64,000 bases of DNA, taken from Octopus bimaculoides. Its lineage: Eukaryota. The notes under the pieces are model-generated. The model saw only the letters and a program-made list of their open reading frames with translations, did not search any database and was not told the origin of the DNA. The position numbers and the translations under genes are program-made. The stretch covers positions 27,790,289-27,854,288 of the forward strand of contig NC_068996.1 of the NCBI RefSeq assembly GCF_001194135.2, written 5' to 3'. The first letter of the stretch is position 1. Each line of letters opens with the position of its first letter. Below, piece by piece: positions 12,651 through 25,880 of this stretch.

Positions 12651-14031
12651 CATAAGCACTTTGCATAAATTGCTATATCTCTGTTATTAATTTTATGCTG
12701 TATGTTTAAGTATCTGTCAATACTAGTATGTGCACTTAGGAAAACAAATCTTCAGTTTTTGTATTGTAAACTTTTAGTTATGTCTTAGGCTAATTTCTTT
12801 TTCCTGTTTTGACTGGAATTCATACATAGCTTAATTTACGTGTATATACATCTATCAATCTGTGTGTGTGCATGCTTTACATATTTATATCCATGTGTGC
12901 ATGTTTATGCATGTAAATCCATATGCATGTACACACACTATAATCATACATATATCAAAATATATCTCTATATTTGTATATATAGCTTTTATCTGCATAT
13001 TTATGCACTTCTATTAATTTCTTAGAGATATGCATAAATGTATACATATCAAATTTAAATGCTGTATGTATATGTAATTACATATGTACATTTTTTGTGT
13101 TTTTATGCACACAAACACATACAGGGTACACAGTGCAACTGGGAACAAAACAGAAGTTAGACACCATAAAGAAACAACCCTTTCTATAGCAATAAACAAC
13201 ATATACATTCATCTCAGTACATTACTGAGACAAGCTACTTAATAAAACCACCATTTGTCCAAACGATGACTCTGTTGTGGCTATGGAAATGATTGCATGA
13301 CAGTATCTAATGATTCTTCCTATGCATCTCTCTATACTGACAACTATTCCTTACCACCAAGCAATGTGTGTATGGGTGGTGGAGGTTTGTTGGCTGTCTT
13401 CTGTGGTGATAGATGAAATAAACCAAGAGTTTTCCAAGAAGGAAAACTAGGAGATACATGATAGTGAATGTTAGATGATCACACAGTTCTCTTAGATTTT
13501 GCCAGCCATGAACTTGCCCTTTCTCATCACCTGAAGTTCTTGTGAGACATCTCTAAAAATTGTTATAACTTGTCCCTCCTTACTTACCTGTTGTTCTGGT
13601 GCAGCATACATCTGATAGTGGATACTGCTATTTGCAGCTGCTTTCCAATGGCTCTTGTTGACCTGATAGGCTTAGTTTATGTCCTGGGTTATGCAGGACA
13701 GCGTCCTGATGTTTGACTGCAGAGGATGCTTCTTTCTTTTGACCATAGATGACATGTCCTCATCAGAGGGTTCCAGTTCTTTTGCAAACCTGAACACAAA
13801 AGAAGCAAATGATGTTCAAATTCCCATGATTGGTGGCTTATGGGAACAGTATGGCTTTTCATTTTCTGGATCATATTGGAATCTACTATATTGATCGATT
13901 GACATATCTAAAAGAGAAATGTAAAAGTTAAAATCCAGTGTTTGTTGCAAAACATCTCATTACATTTCCCTTTGATTTGTAGCCTGCTAAAGTTTGTTCA
14001 GAAATACCCTGCACACCTGTGTGTCTGGTAT

Positions 14032-14066
<35 letters not shown>

Positions 14067-16034
14067 TATGTGTATGTGTGCATATGAATGAGAGCTATCA
14101 AATATGACTTTTTATTTTGAATGCTTACTATTGTGAGAGTAGCATGTCTTGATTCATTCTTAATCAGCCCATTGATATTTGTCTATGTACCAGCTTCAGT
14201 ATCTGTTATGTTGTATTGCTGTTGAATTGTTTTGTAGACATTCTGATGTCATTATTGGTCATACTATCATTCAAACCTGGCAGCCTACTTAGATAAGGTT
14301 ACAAACTAGCCTATTTTATGAGAACAGCATAAAAAATAGTGGACATATTGTTAGTAGCTAGAATTGAATTATGTTAGTAGCTAGAATTGATTTTAGGATT
14401 TTTCATTATTTTGTACTGGGATTGTTTTACACACACATAGATGCTTAATTTTAAATGATTAAGTCTCACATTTGCTCTTTCTTGATGACACGTTACTGAT
14501 TTTTACTCCATTTACTTGGCTGTAAAAAGAAAGTGGGGTGTGGGAGGCATAATACTAGTTGTACTTCATTGCTATGACTGGTTACCAGTGGAAGACAGCA
14601 GACATTCCATATATATATAAGTAAATATTACTTCAGGAATTCTTATGCATTGGCTCAAATTTATGAACCTTATTTTAAGTGAATAAAAGACAGAAAAAGT
14701 TAAAATAGCTGAAAATATTTTTAAAAAAAGAGAACCTCAAATAGATTTCTATCACTGGGGTATTATTCAGATTAAAATTATCAAGTTGAAAATCTATGAA
14801 TGGAGTTGTGTTGGATCACATTTCTCATGGTTCTCTATCACTTTTGATGAATATTCCAGTTGTTTGATTAGTTGAACTGTATACACATTGAATTACAATA
14901 TAAATGGCTGACTATTCTATAAACATATGTACTGTTCATGTAGTTTTCAGACTTGACACAATGTATGACTAGGCCAGTCTTTTGAATTACAAGTACAATA
15001 GGACATTTGAGAAGCTTCCGCAGTTTCTGATGACCCAGTTTTATTCACAAGGCTTGAGTTAATTTAAGGATCTGTAGTAAAAGATACTGTTCTTCGTCTG
15101 TTTCCAGAAGCAAGTGCCTAGCCCCAAGTACACATACCACCTCTCCACGCATGGATACAACATAAAAGAAACACAATGTTTGCAGCATCCACAGAGCTGC
15201 AGGAGATGTCAGATATTAAGTATAACTATACATATCTGCTTTAGGCTCTCTCACTCCAGATTTTCTATAAGGCTTTCCTCCCATATCCTTTTGTTGAACA
15301 CTCAATAAATTACCCCCACAAGGAAACAAGGGTTTATTATTATAGTAGGCATGGTTTGTGTAGAGCCAATCTTGCTCATTCTTCAAACTTGTATTGGTCT
15401 TGTGCAACGAGTGCCAGGAGTCCAGTAATTATCAACAGTAGGATTCATATGGAGTTACCTTCTCTTAGACAAGCAGCTGAAGGGCCTTATTTGCCCTGGG
15501 TCTGTGAGTGACTTTCTTACAGTCACACACTCTCAACTGCCATTTAAGCAGTACTACATATTTTTAGGTCTTCAATTTTTAAGACTTAGTATCAAACTAA
15601 ACCCATTTAACTAAAACTAATGCCAATCACAAAAATATTCAACTATATCTGTATTATAGTTTTCCTTAATGTGAGCAACACTAGAATTTTTTTCGATTTG
15701 GTAGTCCAAAATGAAGAAAATCGAATTTAAGTTGGTTTTAATTTACTAGTGGTAGAAAGAATGCTTAATTATAATTAGTTAGGATTATAATTTATTTGTA
15801 TAAAATATGCTTAAGCTTTTTCTTTTGAATTTCAGTAACTCTGAAATATTTTAGATAGCTTTACTTGTAGTGATTGTTAAATTGATCTTCAGTATTGAGG
15901 AATGTCAAAAAAACACTGTTAACAGGAAATATAATGAATATGAATATAACCACAAGAGTACACTTGTATATTCTGTAGAACATCTCCTCTACTCTCATTC
16001 TAAGATGTTTGAGAATGCATATTTGTCTGTCTGC

Positions 16035-16069
16035 ACACACGCGCACACACACACACACACACACTCGCG

Positions 16070-16127
<58 letters not shown>
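16035..16127. repeat. (CA)n/(CG) compound microsatellite
   Basis: Direct read; source of spurious HT/VC ORFs. Confidence 0.95.
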
Positions 16128-16131
<4 letters not shown>

Positions 16132-16946
16132 GTATACTTAGGTTTATCAATGTTTGCAAATGTGTGCAAGTTTACCCAGGGAATAGTGTGGTTAATATAA
16201 AGATAGATAGGATTTAGAAGCATTTTTACATTTATCTTCCCCCTTTTTTCCCCAACTTTTTTTTTGCCTAAGATATTTATGGAAAGAGGAAACTTTTTTT
16301 CATTAGAAATTATTGCTACAAATTAGACAAACTAATTAAATTTAAAATGTTTTGAAATAGAATGATAATAAAAATGATTATTAAACTGATAATGAATTGT
16401 TTTTGAAAGAAAGAGCATAGGATTGTAAAATGCCACAGTGCTGAATATTTAATCTCATCTGTGTTCTATGTACCTCTGACCCCTGTATTATACGGGGCTT
16501 CTAAGAGATCATTATGGTTGTATATACATAAAAAAGTGTAGTTTCAAATCTTTGACATTTTTTCAAGTTTAAATCCTGCTGCAGAGGTGGATTTTACATT
16601 TTGTCATCACTTTGAGTTAGAGATCAATAATATACATGGCTGATTCAGTTAATTATGCTCCCTTCCCTACAAAGTTTTCACTTTACAGCTTGTTCAAAAG
16701 GTATCACTGTCATATGTTAAGACTATGTAATTAAGCTGACTCTTACATTCATTATTCTGTGGCAGGTGGGTGGAAAATGAAGCAAAATTTAATGGAAAAT
16801 TAAAAGCAAGAAAATATTGTTACATATATTATTAAATAAGATGTAGTAAAAAAAAAAAAAAAAAAATAGTGTTTGTGGGAAATAGAAATAGTAAATTATC
16901 AAAACAGTTATTTCAAACAGGTTGGAATGAGAATTATGATAATGTC

Positions 16947-16959
16947 TGCATGCTGCATG
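16947..16959 (+). promoter_or_regulatory. Tandem TGCATG (Rbfox-type) motifs about 80 nt upstream of the candidate 33-nt microexon
   Basis: TGCATG at 16947-16952 and 16954-16959. Confidence 0.4.
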
Positions 16960-17037
16960 CCATTTTGATGTTTTTAATTGCTTGTTCCATTTTTATAAAT
17001 CTTTTCCTTTCTCATGATTACCATCCGAAAACATCAG

Positions 17038-17070
17038 AAAGTGATAAGGAAAATGACAGAGAGTCTACTG
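17038..17070 (+). CDS. MAPK8IP3/SPAG9: Candidate 33-nt symmetric (phase 1-1) microexon, ESDKENDREST
   Basis: Pyrimidine tract 16981-17015, then catcAG. The body is purine-rich (exonic-enhancer-like), the donor is CTG|GTATGT, and the frame is preserved. No homologue recalled. Confidence 0.5.
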
Positions 17071-17089
17071 GTATGTTTCTCTCCCCTGT

Positions 17090-17126
17090 TGCTCCTGCTT
17101 GTGGAATACTGCTTTATATGCCTGCT
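17090..17126 (+). promoter_or_regulatory. YGCY cluster (Muscleblind-type) just downstream of the candidate 33-nt microexon
   Basis: Five TGCT/TGCC motifs within 37 nt, starting about 20 nt after the donor. Confidence 0.35.
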
Positions 17127-18599
17127 TCTGGTTTTTTCATTTCTTTTTTCCTTTTTTTTATTTGAACTTCTACAGTTTTGTCCTAAAGTATTAATTTATA
17201 TAATTATCTCTCACACATGAAACAATTTTTGTTTAACCTCAGAGCTAAAATCCCTACATATTTAATATCTTATTGCCCAACTTATTTAAATAATATTGCT
17301 CTATAAAATCTAATATAAAAAATCTAAAATATAAATCTAATATAAAAATCTGAGTTAGAGCTATTTCAAATCAGTAACCCATATCTTTAGACATGAAACT
17401 TATTTACTATGTCCGTTTCAATTGATTTGATGTTAAATTGTCATTGTCTTATTCTTGGATGTGCATATAGTACCAGATTGTATTTGAACCAGAGACCTTT
17501 GTTTTTAAGTTAAAGGAACATGTGTTAGTGAATTATTGCTGTTAGGTTAAAATTTCCGAGTTTCAATTCACTCTGGTATTGTAGCACATCCAGGAATAAA
17601 ATACTGATGTCATTTAGAGATCAAACCAATCAAAGCATAGCATAAGTATAAATGATAATGAAGTCTCATATCTAAAGACAAGCTAAATAGTTTGAAAGAT
17701 TACAATCCTATTTGATAACGCTTGTTTAAAAAATAAGTGTGACATAGTAACAAAATTAATTCCAAATAACAAGATTAATTCCAAATTTGTATACAATTTT
17801 TTCTTACTATTTTTTGTACTCTCAGAATAAAATATTTAGTAACATCATCCCTCTTTTTGTGTCTCCTCTTGGTGAGCATTATGAAGTAGCAGTTACATGC
17901 CAGTGGATTTCAGTTAGTAACCCAGAAGCATGAACATCACAACATTCCATGAGCTTGTAAACAAATATCTTAAACGATTTTTATTTTTACATTTTGATCA
18001 ATTAGCAGTCAGCATGACAATTACAAATTCAGTTAAACTACAAGAGTTAGTGGAGTGATAAATGGTTGATGACTCTTTATGCTTAAGTTAAAAACAAAAG
18101 TAAAAAATGTCGATTTTAGGCAATTTTTTTATTAAGATGGATGGTCACACTTAAATTTTTTAATAGCAAAATATTATTATATGTAGAATATTTGGCATGA
18201 TTTAAAAAAAAAACATTTAATAGTACAAGTTAAAGTGCTTAAATACTTAATAATCAACTCATTGTTTTGGAAATGCCAGAATTTTGAATATTTGAATGAT
18301 TAAATTCACTTTCAAGAGTTAAGTTTTTCTTCGTACTCTTTATCAAATTTGTAAGTTCTGAGCAGTTTAAGTAGGAGACACTTTCCAACTGGCTTAAATA
18401 GTCAATTTAAGTTTTTTTCATTTTCTTCTAAATTGTTTAATTCTTCACCAGTTACTGAGTCATTAAAGTAAATCAAATCATACAAAATAGCTCGTTCCAT
18501 GAAATTCTGATTTCTGTAAAACTCTTGTCTCAGAGGTGGTTCAGTAATTCCATCATTTCACATATTTTGCTGATTCAAATAAAATTTGTATTTTATTTT

Positions 18600-20770
18600 C
18601 TCCTGGGCATTAGTTTCTTTTTAACTTAGGACTTTTAGTCTTAATTCTTCCCATTCAGCTAGCCTCTGTCACCCTATTTTTGAGCAAAGTCATTTTCTCC
18701 AGTGCACCATGTCTTCTTCTCTTCTTTTGTCCCTATCTTGATACTCATAGCTGTCTTGGGTGTTTGTTCTTTAAGTTTCACTTGCCTTCCTGCCACAGTC
18801 TCTTGCAGGCTGTACCAATTGATTCTCTTCAAGAGTTTGTTATTCTGTTCTTATATGTAACTTTTAAAGTACTGGCCCAGATCTTGTTCAGTCCTCTGAA
18901 CACTGCTGCTGTACACCAGATTCTGGGCTTAACATCTGCTTCAACCCCCCCCCCCATCTCCTTAGCAATAATGCTACCCAGGTAGGTGAAGTTGGTTACA
19001 TGTTCAAGGGTTCTTGCCTGCATTTGCCACTTCTTCAGTCAATCTGGTCATCATTTATTGGGGTGCTAAGTATGACTCTGCCAAGAGCGCAGTGTCATTG
19101 GCATAGTCCAGATCTGTTAGGTGTCTCCCTGCAGTCCACAGTTCTCCACATGACAGTCAGTGGCCTGTAAAAACAACAGGGGTGACAGTAAGCAATTGTG
19201 TCTCACTCCTGTGATGTTGAATTTTGTGTTGCTGCATGCAGTAGCTTGAATTGAATACAGACTCTTAAAGATACAAGTTTTTTTGGGATACCATATGCAT
19301 TGGCAATACATCAAATTAAAATGCAAAGTCTTCACTGGAAGGCATTTTGTGTGATATTCCATTGAGAGAGGCCGATAATGGTACTGTAGAGAAATCAAAT
19401 TGATAAAGGTAAAGAGCTCTTTCAGATCTTCTTTGAATATGTTCAATTCCTATACTGGTGTTTAAAAATATCTGACCTAGCTAGGTTTGCTTTGGCCAGG
19501 TACCTTAGTAATTCTCTATGTACACTGTCGAAAGCATTTTTGAAATTGATAAAACTGATGACCAGTTGTTGCTGGACTTCTATTCATTACTCCATGATTT
19601 TTCACAGTATAAAGATTTATTTGGTGCATGATTTTCCTGTGCTGAAACCTGATTGTTCTTCCCTGATGTTTTCATCCAATTCCTCTTTCAAAACCTTTAA
19701 GATGACTAAGTAGAAGTCTTTGCCTGGCACTGACAGTAGGATGAAGAAGGCCCACTAGTTGCCGCAATTACCGAGATTCTCTTTCTTTGGTAGTTTAACT
19801 ATGACATCCTTTGTTCAATTATCTGGCACTGTTCTGTTTTTTCTAATGGGTATTACACAATTTTGTTAGCTCTTGCACTGTGGAATTTTCTCTATTCTAC
19901 AGTTGCTCAGTCCTGGAGATTTATTGTTCTCTAGTCTTTTTGGTGCCTGGTTGACTTCATCTTCACTAATAGGTGCTCTTGTAACTTCACAGTAACTTAC
20001 CAAATGGCAGAATAGTTTGAAGTATCAAATAGTTCAGGCTGATTCAGTCCACTTGAAGTGATTCACCCAGTACACATTGATGATGGCCAGATTTCAGTTA
20101 TTCATGATTGATATTTTGTAGGGTCATGATCCTTTATGAGAAGACCAAGGAGACAAAAGGCAGCTTTGTTGTTAACAGCAAAAGTCACACCTGAATCTCT
20201 TCCTTCTATCTTCCCAACCCAGAAGGTATAACTCTTCTCTTACAACTGGGTTCTGCCTTTCAGTCCTGGTCTCTTTTGTGATCAGGACTGTCCTCTGCTC
20301 AGGTATGAAGTCTCCATCAAGCATAGTGCACATGTCCCACATTGCTATAGTCATCTTCATTTTCTTGCAATTTCTGCTGCTGAAGTGAAGTCTTGCTGCC
20401 ACAATGAACTAGCTAGGTTTTCTTCTGAGCATTCTTTCTTTACCACACATTTTTTAGAGGTTTCTTCTTCTGGGGAAGTGGGGGAGCATTGTCTCCTGAA
20501 AAGGGCTGCTCTTACATTCACACTGCTGCCTCAGCCTGCTGGTGCTCCGGGTTAAGCATTGACAGCAACTGTCAGGTACAAGCCACCTGTGTGCAGAGCT
20601 CTTGCTAGCAGCTTTCAGTTACACCTACTGTTGTTACATTTACTCCATTGTAACAGGGCTTCCAACTTTAAACAAAACACCTTGGACAGTGTGTAAGGCA
20701 GTTGGTCTATCCCTACACGAGACTGCCTCTCTGGCTAAGAGGTTGCTAGCATTTGCCCTAAGTGCCATTG
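18600..20770 (-). mobile_element. Internally deleted, decayed RTE LINE (endonuclease start to 3' end)
   Basis: Minus-strand motifs occur in the expected order: MKMTIAMWDMCTMLD (EN start), REEQSGF, FINFKNAFDSVH, GVRHNCLLSPLLF, LTDLDYAND (RT YADD), LEHVTNFTYLGS. Confidence 0.85.
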
Positions 20771-21186
20771 TAGTCTATGGACAGAAACAGAACAGGTGAC
20801 TTATATAATAAGTAAAATTTTAAACATTAACTTTATATCAGTGTGTCTAATTTGATTATTTTTTTTCTTTCCTTTTTTATATACTTTGTGTTATTCAATG
20901 TTGATGAAGAACTCCTTGGTCACAGTAAATCAGGATAGGCACACATTTTCTGAAGAGTTTACATTGTAAAATTCTGCAATAGGCTTAAAGTTTTGTTTTA
21001 ATATTTCATTTTTCTGCTTTTTAAATTGATCCTTTGTGCACTTAGCACTTTGTCTGGATCATTCTCTTTCATTTTATGATAAATGGAGTGGTCTTATTTG
21101 TTAACTAAAAGAAAATGTATATGTCAAGTAACCCCTTTTATTGTCTAATTGTATAAAAGATTTCGATGTGCAGTGGATGACAGAAT

Positions 21187-22150
21187 TTTTGGGTTGAGGA
21201 ATAATTCACGAGCATTTTTTTCAAATTTATTTTAACCCTTTTGATACCAACCATTTGGTCTTTTTTGCTGAATTGCTTCATTGAATAGGTGCAGTTGTTG
21301 AACATAGAGCTCCACATTGAGCATTTGGTTGTGATCAAGCAGTTCGTAATGAATTATTCCTTCCCAGTTCCACCATACACACAACATGGTCTTTTGAGGA
21401 TGAAGGTTTTTTTTTGCTTGTGGAGTCACTTGTTTGACAAGGCTAAACCATTCTTTTTGCTCCATATTGATGTAAAAGCACCATTTTTCATCGCCAGTGA
21501 CAATGCAGTAAAGAAAATGCTGTTTGTCACCATATACTGAGTGATGTCAAGCAAACAAACTGGTAGTGATTGTGGAGCATGATTTTTTTTTGTTTTCGCT
21601 CAGCGTGTGGCACTTAGGTGCCGAGTTTCTGAAACTTGTCCATTGAGTGAAGGTAGTTCACCACAGTTTTTTTTATCACAATCCATCTGCTCTGCCAATT
21701 CTCTGGTCATTTGACATAGATTTTTGTGAAGAAGTTAATTTAATTACTCTTCATTGAACTCAATTGGTCAACTGGTGTGTGACTTGTCCTTGAGGTTCAA
21801 ATTCCCATTTTTGAAGTCTGAAAACCAATGGTGGCCAGTACTTTGAGGTATTGTTCCCTCTCCATACAGCACAAATCTCATGAGCAGCTTCAGCAGCCTT
21901 AACACCTTGATTAAATGCAAAAAACAAATGGTGTCAAAAATGCTCAGTTTTGTTCACTTGACATTCCATTTTAATGATCTGAAAATACACAAAAATCAAT
22001 GAAATTTAAAAATCAAAACACTCTACTTTGTAGAGCAAAAAATTTTGTTAAATAACAAAACATTTTGTCAATGTGTTTCATTTCTGCATGCATTTTTAAA
22101 TTTGAAAAAAGAAAAAAACAGATGTTCATGAATTATTCCCCAACGCAATA
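21187..22150 (-). mobile_element. Internally deleted mariner with both TIRs
   Basis: KKNLHPQKTMLCVWWNWEGIIHYELL...KRP on the minus strand. TIRs at 21188-21213 and 22124-22150 match at about 21/26. The transposase C-terminus is missing. Confidence 0.85.
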
Positions 22151-22450
22151 TTATATTGCAGGACAAAATGCAATATAAACTCACTTTCTGTTTGGATTAG
22201 TTTTTTTTTCTCACTGTTTTGGGGTTTTATAAAATTGAGGAGAGCCTTTTCTAAAATCACTCTGCTTAATTTGATATCATGTTTTCTGAAATACTTGAAA
22301 ATGGGACTGCTTGAAATTATTATTCATCAATACATGTACTAAAAGTGGAATTATAGAGATTATTATTACTGTTCCTATTGTACTCTTTGTAGTGTTGGGC
22401 CCTGTTCCAATGTGTGATCGTCTGGATTGCATATATATATATATATATAT

Positions 22451-22614
22451 CTCTGAGTGGTTGGCATTAGGAAGGGCATCCAGCTGTAGAAACTCTGCCA
22501 AATTTAGATTGAGCCTGGTGTTGCCATTCGGTTTCACCAGTCCTCAGTCAAATCGTCCAACCCATGCTAGCATGGAAAGCGGACATTAAACGATGATGAT
22601 GATGATGATGATGA
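22451..22614 (+). mobile_element. SINE family B (3' part) with (GAT)n tail
   Basis: gagtggttggcattaggaagggcatccagc...ccaacccatgctagcatgg...(gat)n, with at least six related copies in the window. Confidence 0.8.
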
Positions 22615-22615
22615 G

Positions 22616-22651
<36 letters not shown>

Positions 22652-22659
22652 TTAGTATA

Positions 22660-23830
22660 CAGTTATTGAAACTCTCCATTCTTTTCTTTATGAGACCTTT
22701 TGCTTTGATGACCTCTGGTGTTACTTGTCTTCATATTCCACATCTTGATAATTTCATTGTCTAAATTTTGTACTTGATCAGCTTCTCTGCAACTTTCACT
22801 GAAGTGTTTCTCTCAGAAGATAGTATTAGTTTTTCATGCTGTGCTAATTATCACTAGCTTATTGGCTTTTATCTGTCCCTGTGGATGGGTATATCCCACA
22901 AGATGGTGGCTTCATTGTTGTCATTGACAATATTTGGTTGAAGTTTATATCACTTCATATTTTCCATTCACCACAGCCTGTGGATGTATTTGATCTTTAC
23001 TAGTTCAAGATATTCAGAGATATTGTGGCTAATGTTTTTTTCTTTCATTTTTTTATCTTATTTTCCATGGATCCAGCACTGTTTTGTCCTTGATGATGCA
23101 TTAGTGATAGGGATTTGTTTGCAAGATTCTGATCTTGTGCAACAATTATCTGACCCTCTGTATCTGCTTTCATTCCAGTGCTGTTAAGCCATTGTTGTCC
23201 TCACTTGGTTTATGTCTGCATCCATTTTGGGCACGTCAGATGCATTAACATGTCACCACAGATTTTCTGCAGTTTAGACTGGGCATGGTGTAATAGTTTT
23301 AAATCTGTTAATCACATTGAATTCAAGTTTTTGATGCCATATACCTTTTTCTCTTGTGTACCCTACACCTGAGACTGTCCCAGGTTTCATGACATAAACT
23401 TACTGTTCTAAAGTATTTCACCACCTTGTCCCCACATCTATCTCTTCCACAGGTTCCTCCCACAGTTAGCGATTAGCACTTTATGCAGCATTGAAGATAA
23501 ACCTAAGCATGTAAAACAATTATTCAAACAAAGTGAATTTTTGTTGAGGCATCCTCAAGGACCATTAACCACTTGGTTTGTTATACAACTGGAGAACCTT
23601 TTCTGCTTTTTGTACCTCTTGAAACTTTGCAGATATGGCATCATTGTTCCAGTTGTTTACATTGAGTTAAAATTCTTCTACTGTAGCTTGCTTCACTTCT
23701 TTCAAAATTGCTTTGTGCCTAAATTACAAACAATTATTGTCATTAGACAAAATGTCAAGCAGTATTTAGTTATGGCCATTTATATTCTGAATTCAAATTC
23801 TGCTGAGGTTGACTGCTTCCTTTCATTTTA
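22660..23830 (-). mobile_element. Decayed R4/Dong-clade LINE (C-terminal restriction-like endonuclease region)
   Basis: The minus strand reads AQDQNL ... DNNEATILWDIPIHRDR-KANK ... EKLIKYK, resembling R4/Dong AQDQSL ... ILWDMPIHTDREIKANRPD ... EKLSKYKDL. Confidence 0.65.
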
Positions 23831-23853
23831 TTAGTCAGTAAAGTACCACTTAA

Positions 23854-23983
23854 CCCTTTAGTATTTAGACCGGCCCATTACTGGCTATAGCTGGTCTCTA
23901 ACACCTATCCGACAAAGCATGATGGATTCAAAGCAGTGTGAATAAACATGCATTACATTTGATAGAATCTGAATGCTAAAGGG
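23854..23983. mobile_element. 130-bp piggyBac-type MITE
   Basis: TTAA target sites at 23850-23853 and 23984-23987. TIRs CCCTTTAGTATT / AATGCTAAAGGG match at 11/12. Confidence 0.8.
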
Positions 23984-24614
23984 TTAAATATTGGGAACAA
24001 TATACTTTCTTCTCTCAAATGGTCTTGTGGTTATGTAAGAAAGTATTGACTAATTAACTGCCATCAGAAGAAACTATAGACTTTATTTTCATAAAGTTTT
24101 AAAGCATGGTATTGATCCTGTTTAGATCAAGTAACATTGATCAGATTTCTACTCCGTGTTGAGCTACATGGCCAGTTGCTGGCAGGGCTTATATAAGCTC
24201 TGTAGTTTGTACATCTTATATGATATCTCCATTGTAATGTCTGTTATAAACCAGGAAGGTTGAGAATCAGTTTTTTTCCAATGATAAAATGATAAACCCA
24301 ATTCACAGGGAATGGCTAGTTTTAGATTGGGCATAAGTTTCTAGTTGCATGCTTTGAGAATTCAGTTGCATGCTTGTATAATTCAGGTGTGTGTGTGCAT
24401 GTGCAAAACTCATCTCCTGGGACACCTCATCAGTGATGTGATTTCATCAGAGGTTCAGCCTTCTTAATATAGATGTTTTTGTCCAGACAACCCAGCTAGT
24501 GTCTGTCCTAGCTACAATTATTCATAGACCAACCCCTGAATCCAAAGCCACAAGGTAGATTTTTTTTGCAGTTTCTCTTAATTTTATTGTCCTTCTTTGT
24601 TACCCTTGTAAATC

Positions 24615-24870
24615 CAAGTTGCTTGAAGACTGTGCTGAATGAGTATCCTGCAATGCCTCTACAACCACTCCTATAGGGTCATGTATTTTGAAGCTTTGTT
24701 GACCATTTGCTGGTACTTCATACATTTTAGCAGCAGCACCATCCCTGGGGTGCTGCATTCAATTGCGGGCCTCACTTGACTCTTGTAGAGTTATCAGCAG
24801 TTCTTTGGTACTGTAATACCTTCTGGTTCTGAAGTGAACCATTAATGTTTTTGAAGCAGTCCACACTATA
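24615..24870 (-). mobile_element. CR1/L2-group LINE RT C-terminal fragment, copy 1
   Basis: Minus strand with frameshifts: RRYYSTKELL / LYKSQVRPAIECST / DGAAAK, resembling LYKxQVRPxxEYCSxVWxGA. Confidence 0.6.
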
Positions 24871-24899
24871 ACAAAAAAAAAAAAAAAATTTATCGTTAA

Positions 24900-25880
24900 A
24901 GATGAGGTTAGTTAAGTTCAGGAAATTATATTTGTTATTTAGTTTCTGTTTTTCTTTTACTATGAAGTTTTACATTAATTGTTCCTTGTGAATACAACTT
25001 GATAAAATTAACTAATGTTTTGAGCAAGTTATTTTTATTCTATAAAAAACATTCAGGCTTTTATCATTCAGACTACAACTGAAAATTTCAAATCAATGAT
25101 TCAACTAAAAATTCTTTTAGGTGGTGTTGCATCATGGCCATAGTTGGTCAGAAAGAAGTGAAAGAAAGAAATGTTATGTGATATTATCTATAGACAGTTT
25201 GAGCACTCGTATTACTATTAAGTTTTCTATGTTAAATCGTGCATTCAAATTAAATTGTAATGAAGCAAGAAGGATGTCTTCATTGCAACAATAAAAAAGT
25301 ATCAGTAATTACGATTTACTTAAAATCTTAATTAGTGCTTTAATTTCTTTTCTTGTGATTTTGGCGACAGTAGTTGTTTTGAGTAGTTCTATAATCAAAA
25401 CGGTTCCAACTGTAACCATCTCACCTTTTCGTTTATAAAGGGCAACATTCTTTGAACTGGTCTAAAATTGTAGGGTTTTTTTTGTTTTTTAATTTAGCTG
25501 CTATTTCTTATAGCTTGAGCAAATTCTTTTGTTAGCATATTTCTGTAGAAATAGAGAGCCTTTGCATCAATATAATTTGAAAATAAAGAAATTAGTAAAA
25601 TAACTTTATTATTAAGCAGGTATTTGAATCGCATAAGTTAATATGAAATTTGGGTATGAGGTTTTTAGATTACTTCAAAATAAATTTGTACCTCAGAAAC
25701 AGGCAATTTCAATTGGGTTGGTATCAAAAAGGTTAATTGGGTATACTTTTGTCCTTTGATATAAATATAGTTATAATTTATATTATTTAACCATGCAATT
25801 GAAAAGATTAGGTGAATGGTCAGTGTTGTACATTTTCTGAGGAATTTCAACTTTGTTGTTGGACTGTTGCAGCTCTGTAC
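24900..25880. repeat. About 1-kb unclassified repeat, copy 1
   Basis: Colinear with 30380-31480, with long identical blocks such as aagaaggatgtcttcattgcaacaataaaaaagtatcagtaattacgatttacttaaaatcttaattagtgc. Confidence 0.85.

Noticed and set aside
14950-15560. Higher-complexity segment, possibly a LINE remnant
   Set aside because: I could not read a diagnostic motif in any frame, so it is left unannotated.
15861-16223. ORFs rich in HT/VC/YI repeats here and at 36430-36798, 39316-39650, 56914-57497 and 60960-61453
   Set aside because: They are translations of (CA)n, (TG)n and (TA)n microsatellites, not genes.
24720-24810. ttttAG-CAG-CAG acceptor suggesting a duplicated + strand cassette exon (also about 27890)
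   Set aside because: The sequence is explained as an antisense CR1-group LINE fragment, and no phase-1 donor follows.
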